Of a stretch of 64,000 bases of DNA, positions 58,553 through 64,000 are shown in pieces. Numbering within the stretch: position 1 is the stretch's first letter; every line of letters starts with the position of its first letter. The notes beneath the pieces were generated by a model. It was given only the letters and a program-made list of their open reading frames with translations. It was not told where the DNA came from and ran no database searches. Made by a program: the position numbers and the translations under genes. The DNA is from Candidatus Polarisedimenticolia bacterium. GTDB taxonomy: Bacteria > Chloroflexota > Limnocylindria > Limnocylindrales > CSP1-4. Location: positions 4,906-68,905 of the forward strand of contig DASRJS010000009.1 of assembly GCA_035649355.1 (NCBI GenBank). The letters run 5' to 3'.

Positions 58553-61261
58553 GTGACAACGAAGGAGCTCGCGAAGGCGTACACGCCCTCCGAGTTCGAG
58601 GCCGAGATCTACGAGCGCTGGCTGGCGGCGGACGTCTTCGCGCCCGACGGCAAGGGCTCGCGCGCCGACGCCTCGAAGCCGCCGTTCGTGATCATCCAGC
58701 CGCCGCCGAACATCACCGGCGCCCTGCATCTCGGTCACGCGCTCACGTCGACGCTCGAGGACGTCATGATCCGGCACGCCCGGATGACCGGCCGCCCGAC
58801 GCTCTGGCTGCCCGGCCTCGACCACGCCTCGATCGCCGCCCAATACGTCCTCGACAAGATCATCGCGGACGAAGGTGAGAGCCGCGAGTCGCTCGGCCGC
58901 GAGCGCTACCTCGAGCGGATGTGGCAGTTCATCAACGCGACGCGCGAGGTCATGCTCGGCCAGCAGCGCCGGATCGGGGCGTCACTCGACTGGGGCCGCC
59001 TCCGCTTCACCATGGACGAAGGCTCCGCGAAGGCCGTCCGTGTCTCGTTCAACCGGCTCTACCGCGACGGCCTCGCGTACCGGACCGAGGCGCTGATCAA
59101 CTGGTGCCCCGGCTGCCGGACGAGCGTGAGCGACCTCGAAGTGATCCCGACCGAGGAGACCGGCACGCTCTGGACGGTGCGCTATCACCTGCTTGATCCG
59201 GCGACGGGCGAGCCGGACCCGAACCGGACGATCAGCGTCGCAACGACGCGGCCGGAGACGATCCTCGGCGACACAGCCGTCGCCGTGCACCCCGAGGACG
59301 CCCGGTACGGCGACCTCGTCGGCTCGACCGTTCGAATCCCGTTCGTCGAGCGCGACGTTCCGATCATCACGGACGACGTCGTCGATCCGAAGTTCGGGAC
59401 CGGCGCGGTGAAGGTGACGCCGGCCCACGACAAGACGGACAACGAGATCGGCCGCCGGCACGATCTCCGGTCGATCAACGTGCTCAACGACGACGCGACG
59501 ATCAACGAGAACGGCGCGTCGTATGCCGGCCTCGATCGTTACGCGGCGCGGGCAGCGGTCGTGCGCGATCTCGAGGCGCGCGGGGACCTCGCTGCGACGA
59601 CGCCGCACGCGATGCTCATCGGTCGCTGCCAGCGTTCGAACGACGTCATCGAACCGCGCCTGAAGACGCAGTGGTTCATCCGCACAGCGCCGCTGGCCGA
59701 GGCCGCGCTCGCGGCGACGCGTTCCGGCGAGACGCGGATCGTGCCGTCGCGGTTCGAGAAGGTCTGGGAGCACTGGATGACGTCAATCCACGACTGGAAC
59801 GTCAGTCGCCAGCTGTGGTGGGGCCATCGGATCCCGGCGTGGTACTGCCCGGACGGCCACGTCACGGTGTCCGATCTCGAGGGCGGCCCCTCGGCCTGCG
59901 AGGTCTGCGGCCGGGGCGCTGCCGAGCTGACCCAGGACCCCGACATCTTCGACACCTGGTACAGCTCGGGCCTGTGGCCGTTCTCGACGCTCGGCTGGCC
60001 CGACCAGACCGAGGATCTCCGGCGCTACTACCCGGGCTCGGTCATGGAGACCGGCTACGACATCATCTTCTTCTGGGTCGCCCGGATGATGATGCTCGGC
60101 ATCCACATGACCGACGCGGCGCCGTTCGAGACCGTGTACCTCCACGGACTCGTGAAGGATCCGTACGGCCAGCGGATGTCGAAGACGAAAGGCAACGTCG
60201 TCGACCCGCTCCAGGCAATCGACACCGCTGGCGCCGACTCGCTGCGGTTCGCCCTCATCCACGGCACCTCGCCCGGCAACGACCAGAAGTTCCGCGACGA
60301 GCGCCTCGAGGCGGGGCGCAACTTCGCAAACAAGCTCTGGAATGCGACACGGTTCGTCGTTGGTGCGCGGCCCGCGTCCATCCCGGCGGGCGCCGCTCAG
60401 CAAGCACCGGATGCGGCCCGGCTCGGGCCGGCCGAGCGCTGGATTCGGTCGCGCGCCGCGGCCACGGTCGCAGGCGTTGACCGCGCCATGGCGGCATTCG
60501 AGTTCGCAGAGGTGACGCGCCTCATCTACGACGCCATCTGGTCCGAGTACTGCGACTGGGGCCTCGAGATGGCGAAGGTCCGGCTGGCGGACGCTTCGCT
60601 CGGCGAGGCGGAGCGCGAGGCGACGTGGTGGACGCTCGTCGAGGCGCTCGATACGTACCTGCGGCTGCTCCATCCGGTCATGCCGTTCGTGACCGAGGAG
60701 CTGTGGGCCGCCCTGCCGCACGCCGTCGACGACCCGGAGCTGCTCATCGTGGCGACCTGGCCGGCGGCGGGGGAGCGGGACGAGGCGGTCGAGCGCGAGG
60801 TCGAGGCCGTGCTCGATCTCGTGCGCGGCATCAGGAATGCCCGCGCCGAGGCGAAAGTCGAACCCGCGGCCTGGCTGCCGGTGCGTGTCTACGTGCCGAT
60901 GGAGCTCGGCGTGACGTTCGAGGCGCTGCAGCCGGCGGTCGCGCGGCTGGCCCGCGCGCGTCCGCTGGAGGTCGTCGCCGACCGAGTCGCGTCAATCGGT
61001 GCCGCCGGCGGCCTCGCCGTCGTGGCCGGCGACCTCGAGGCGATCGTCGGTGGTGGCGCTGAGGCGACTTCCGCCGGTGATCGCGCCCGGCTCGATCGGG
61101 AGCTCGCTGACGCGGAGCGCCTACTCGCCGCCGCCCGCGCCCGGCTCGCGAACGAGGAGTTCGTCTCGAAGGCGCCGCCGGCCGTGGTCGACGGCGCCCG
61201 TGCCCGCGAGGTCGAGCTCGCCGAGACGGTGGCGCGACTGGGGAGCCGCCTCGGGCGATGA
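58553..61261 (+). CDS. valS: valine--tRNA ligase
   Basis: PPPNITGALHLGHAL is the HIGH motif and RMSKTKGN is KMSKS. A C-terminal coiled coil is present. The start is GTG 58553 (VTTKELAKAYTPSEFE). The track ORF begins too early, inside the leader. Confidence 0.95.
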   Translation: MTTKELAKAYTPSEFEAEIYERWLAADVFAPDGKGSRADASKPPFVIIQPPPNITGALHLGHALTSTLEDVMIRHARMTGRPTLWLPGLDHASIAAQYVLDKIIADEGESRESLGRERYLERMWQFINATREVMLGQQRRIGASLDWGRLRFTMDEGSAKAVRVSFNRLYRDGLAYRTEALINWCPGCRTSVSDLEVIPTEETGTLWTVRYHLLDPATGEPDPNRTISVATTRPETILGDTAVAVHPEDARYGDLVGSTVRIPFVERDVPIITDDVVDPKFGTGAVKVTPAHDKTDNEIGRRHDLRSINVLNDDATINENGASYAGLDRYAARAAVVRDLEARGDLAATTPHAMLIGRCQRSNDVIEPRLKTQWFIRTAPLAEAALAATRSGETRIVPSRFEKVWEHWMTSIHDWNVSRQLWWGHRIPAWYCPDGHVTVSDLEGGPSACEVCGRGAAELTQDPDIFDTWYSSGLWPFSTLGWPDQTEDLRRYYPGSVMETGYDIIFFWVARMMMLGIHMTDAAPFETVYLHGLVKDPYGQRMSKTKGNVVDPLQAIDTAGADSLRFALIHGTSPGNDQKFRDERLEAGRNFANKLWNATRFVVGARPASIPAGAAQQAPDAARLGPAERWIRSRAAATVAGVDRAMAAFEFAEVTRLIYDAIWSEYCDWGLEMAKVRLADASLGEAEREATWWTLVEALDTYLRLLHPVMPFVTEELWAALPHAVDDPELLIVATWPAAGERDEAVEREVEAVLDLVRGIRNARAEAKVEPAAWLPVRVYVPMELGVTFEALQPAVARLARARPLEVVADRVASIGAAGGLAVVAGDLEAIVGGGAEATSAGDRARLDRELADAERLLAAARARLANEEFVSKAPPAVVDGARAREVELAETVARLGSRLGR

Positions 61262-62295
61262 GCCTCCTCGAGGAGATCCGCGAGCAGCCTGACACCCTGG
61301 CTCGCGTCGTCGAGCGTGGACGCGCAGCGGTCGAGGCGGCCGCGGCCGAGATCCGCGCCGCCGAACCCGAGTTCATCGTGATCGCCGCGCGCGGCACGTC
61401 CGACCACGCTGCCACGTATGCCCAATACGTCTTCGGGATCCGGCACGGCCTCGCGACCGCGCTTGCGTCGCCGTCGATCGTGTCGCTCCACGGCGCGGAC
61501 CTGCGCGTCGAGCGGGCCCTTGTCGTCGGGATCAGCCAGTCCGGCGCGTCGCCGGACGTCGCAGCGGTCGTGGAGTCCGCGCGCCGGCGCGGCGCGGTGA
61601 CCCTCGCAATCACGGGCGACCCCGGTTCGGCGCTTGGCCGGTCGGCCGGGCGTGTCCTCGAGCTGCACGCCGGCGCCGAGACTGCGGTCGCGGCGACGAA
61701 GACCTACACGGCCGAGCTCACGCTGATCGCCATGCTGTCCGCGGCCCTGAACGGTTCGGCCGCCGACTGGCTCGCGCTTGGCACCCTCGGGGCAGCCGCC
61801 GCAACGGCGCTTGGCGAGGAACGGGAGGCGGCCCGGATTGCCGCCGACCAGGCGGCGCTGCCGCGAGCCTTCGTCCTCGGCCGCTCCTACGGCTATGCAA
61901 CCGCGAAGGAGTGGGCGTTGAAGCTCAAGGAGCTGACGTACCTGCCGGCCGACCCGTATTCGACCGCGGACTTCATGCACGGTCCGCTGGCGCTCGTCAG
62001 CCGCGAGGACGTCGTGTTCGCGGCCGCAACCGCGGGCGAAGGCGGCGTCGACGTCCGCCTGACCGTCGAGAAGCTGGTTCGGGACCACGGCGTTCGCGTG
62101 TTGCTGCTGTCCGACGATGCCGAGCACGGGGCGAGCGCGACCTGGTCGCTCCGAGCGCCGGCGGGACTGCCCGAATGGCTTGCACCGATCCCGGCGATCG
62201 TGCCCGCGCAGCTCCACGCCTACCACCTTGCCCGGGCGCGCGGTCTCGACCCCGACGCCCCGCGCTCGATCTCGAAGGTGACCCTGACGCGCTGA
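61258..62295 (+). CDS. SIS-domain sugar-phosphate isomerase/aminotransferase-like protein (GlmS C-terminal/AgaS/FrlB type)
   Basis: IAARGTSDHAA, GISQSGASPD and VAATKTYT are present in a double-SIS architecture. Its ATG overlaps the valS stop. Confidence 0.85.
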   Translation: MSLLEEIREQPDTLARVVERGRAAVEAAAAEIRAAEPEFIVIAARGTSDHAATYAQYVFGIRHGLATALASPSIVSLHGADLRVERALVVGISQSGASPDVAAVVESARRRGAVTLAITGDPGSALGRSAGRVLELHAGAETAVAATKTYTAELTLIAMLSAALNGSAADWLALGTLGAAAATALGEEREAARIAADQAALPRAFVLGRSYGYATAKEWALKLKELTYLPADPYSTADFMHGPLALVSREDVVFAAATAGEGGVDVRLTVEKLVRDHGVRVLLLSDDAEHGASATWSLRAPAGLPEWLAPIPAIVPAQLHAYHLARARGLDPDAPRSISKVTLTR

Positions 62296-62329
62296 CCGGT
62301 GGCCGGCGCGGCGCCCATAATCAGCGGCG

Positions 62330-63298
62330 ATGAAGCTCGGGGTGTTCACCGTCCTGTTCGCCAATCTGCCGCTCGAGGGAGCGCTCGATCGGGCCGTAGC
62401 CGCCGGTCTCGACTGCGTCGAGATCGGCACCGGCAACTACCCCGGGGACGCGCACTGCAAGCCGGCGGAGCTGCTCGCCGACGACGCAAAGGCCCAGCAG
62501 TTCAAGGCCGCGGTCGAATCGCGGGGACTCCAGATCAGTGCCCTGTCCTGCCACGGCAACCCGCTCCATCCGAACGCCGATGTCGCGAAATCCAGCCATG
62601 ACACGTTCGTCAAGACGGTCGATCTGGCCGCGAAGATCGGCGTCGATCGGATCAACCTCTTCAGTGGCTGCCCCGGCGAGTCGGACACGTCGACCTATCC
62701 GAACTGGGTGACCTGCGCCTGGCCCACCGAGTTCGGCGAGCTCCTCGAATGGCAGTGGCGCGAGAAGGTCATCCCGTACTGGAAGGACGCGGCTGCCTAC
62801 GCGACCCGGCACTCGATCAAGCTCGGCTTCGAGATGCACCCGGGCTTCGTCGTCTACAACCCGCGGACGCTGCTCCAGCTCCGCGAGGCGTGCGGCGAAG
62901 CGATCGGCGCGAACCTCGATCCGAGCCACCTGTTCTGGCAGGGCATCGACGTCGAGGCCGCGATCGCCGAGCTCGGGCGGGCGGGCGCGATCTTCCATGT
63001 CCACGCCAAGGACACCGCGCTCCTGCCAGGCGCCGCGGTCAACGGCGTCCTCGATACCGTCCCCTTCACGGACATCGGCCATCGGAGCTGGATCTTCCGA
63101 ACCGTGGGCTACGGCCACAGCGAGCTCGACTGGCGGCGGATCGTCTCGGCCCTGAGCCTCGCCGGCTACGACGGCGCGCTGTCGATCGAGCACGAGGACG
63201 CGCTCCTCGGCATCGACGACGGGTTCGAGAAGGGTGTCGCGTTCCTGCGTTCGATCATGCCGACCGGACCGCGGATCGCGGACGCCTGGTGGACGTGA
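62330..63298 (+). CDS. sugar phosphate isomerase/epimerase (xylose isomerase-like TIM barrel)
   Basis: MKLGVFTVLF...LDCVEIGTGNYPG...FEMHPG...VHAKD...LSIEHED matches the AP_endonuc_2 pattern. Confidence 0.85.
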   Translation: MKLGVFTVLFANLPLEGALDRAVAAGLDCVEIGTGNYPGDAHCKPAELLADDAKAQQFKAAVESRGLQISALSCHGNPLHPNADVAKSSHDTFVKTVDLAAKIGVDRINLFSGCPGESDTSTYPNWVTCAWPTEFGELLEWQWREKVIPYWKDAAAYATRHSIKLGFEMHPGFVVYNPRTLLQLREACGEAIGANLDPSHLFWQGIDVEAAIAELGRAGAIFHVHAKDTALLPGAAVNGVLDTVPFTDIGHRSWIFRTVGYGHSELDWRRIVSALSLAGYDGALSIEHEDALLGIDDGFEKGVAFLRSIMPTGPRIADAWWT

Positions 63299-64000
63299 GC
63301 CTTCGAGTCGCGGTCGTCGGGACCGGGTTCGTCGGGCCCCACCACATCGATGCCGCCCGCCGGACCGGCGACGCCGACGTCGTCCTCATCGTCGGCACGA
63401 ATCGGGAGCGAACGGCGGCCCGAGCCGATGCCCTCGGCGTCGCCCGTCACTCGACCGATCTTGCCGACGCGCTCGCGGACGACATCGACGTCGTCCACGT
63501 CTGCACGCCGAACCGCAGCCACGTCGAGATCGGCCTCGCGGCGCTCGGGGCGGGCAAGCACGTCGTCATCGAGAAGCCGGTCGCGCTCGACGGCGACTCC
63601 GGGGAGCGGCTCGCCGCCGAGGCCCGTCGGCGTGGCCTTCACGGCCTCGTCGCGTTCACGTACCGCGGCTACCCGATGGTCCGCCGCGCGCGCGCGCTCG
63701 TCGCCGGCGGCGAGCTCGGCGCCGCGCGCCTCATCCACGGCGCCTACCTCCAGGACTGGCTGGCGTACGAGAGCGACTTCAACTGGCGGGTGATCGAGGC
63801 CGAAGGCGGCGCGTCGCGCGCGGTCGCGGACATTGGCTCGCACTGGTTCGACACGGCCGAGTTCGTCTCTGGCGAGCGGGTCTCGGCCGTCTTCGCGGAC
63901 TTCAGCCGCTTCATCGACACGAGGAACCGACCCGGGCCCGGCGTCGAGACGTTCGCGGCCGCCGGGCCGGGCGGCGAGCCGGTCGCGATCACGACCGAGG
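63295..64000 (+). CDS. Gfo/Idh/MocA-family NAD(P)-dependent oxidoreductase (3' end cut by window edge)
   Basis: Hand translation gives VSLRVAVVGTGFVGPHHIDAARR...VHVCTPNRSHVEIGLAALGAGKHVVIEKPVAL. The start is a GTGA overlap. It is absent from the ORF track because no stop lies inside the window. Confidence 0.8.
   Translation, partial: MSLRVAVVGTGFVGPHHIDAARRTGDADVVLIVGTNRERTAARADALGVARHSTDLADALADDIDVVHVCTPNRSHVEIGLAALGAGKHVVIEKPVALDGDSGERLAAEARRRGLHGLVAFTYRGYPMVRRARALVAGGELGAARLIHGAYLQDWLAYESDFNWRVIEAEGGASRAVADIGSHWFDTAEFVSGERVSAVFADFSRFIDTRNRPGPGVETFAAAGPGGEPVAITTE

Noticed and set aside
60889-62436. 515-aa minus-strand ORF antisense to the valS 3' end and the SIS gene
   Set aside because: It has no motifs and is Arg/Ala/Pro-rich. 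The plus-strand genes are strongly supported.

Overview
This is a 64-kb, very GC-rich chromosomal segment in which third codon positions are almost all G/C. It looks like a high-GC Gram-positive-type bacterium (Actinobacteria- or Chloroflexi-like). It is densely coding, and many adjacent genes overlap by 1 or 4 nt (ATGA, GTGA, TGATG). I found no rRNA, CRISPR array, transposase or integrase. Contents in order:
- Two tandem TadE-like pilus genes at the left edge.
- An SRAP peptidase, a TPR-rhomboid protease and an OmpR/HisKA two-component pair.
- A complete form-II CO-dehydrogenase-like molybdoenzyme cluster in S-L-M order with an AYRGAGR motif. Its accessory genes are MoCF-domain, MoxR/CoxD, VWA/CoxE, XdhC/CoxF, a MocA-methyltransferase fusion, and CoxG.
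- A minus-strand operon that joins an ABC-2 exporter to rsgA flanked by two double-GNAT paralogues.
- A 439-bp gap upstream of that operon holding a promoter, a structured RNA of about 205 nt and an intrinsic terminator. I could not assign this RNA to any known family.
- A cluster with an APC permease, two choline/ethanolamine-kinase-like genes (one frameshifted), two dimethylglycine-oxidase-like FAD/GcvT fusions and two phosphatases.
- Two tandem paralogous membrane proteins and a secreted protein.
- A polyamine-type ABC importer with a class-III aminotransferase and a GNAT.
- mrp, cinA, tRNA-Leu(UAG), tig-clpP-clpX, an XRE-HTH/nuclease-like gene coupled to glpD, a valine T-box leader with valS, and sugar-isomerase and oxidoreductase genes.

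The most interesting candidates are the unclassified leader RNA with its ABC/GNAT/rsgA operon, and the kinase plus DMGO-like module. Many long ORFs in the track are antisense or out-of-frame artefacts of the GC bias, and I rejected them.
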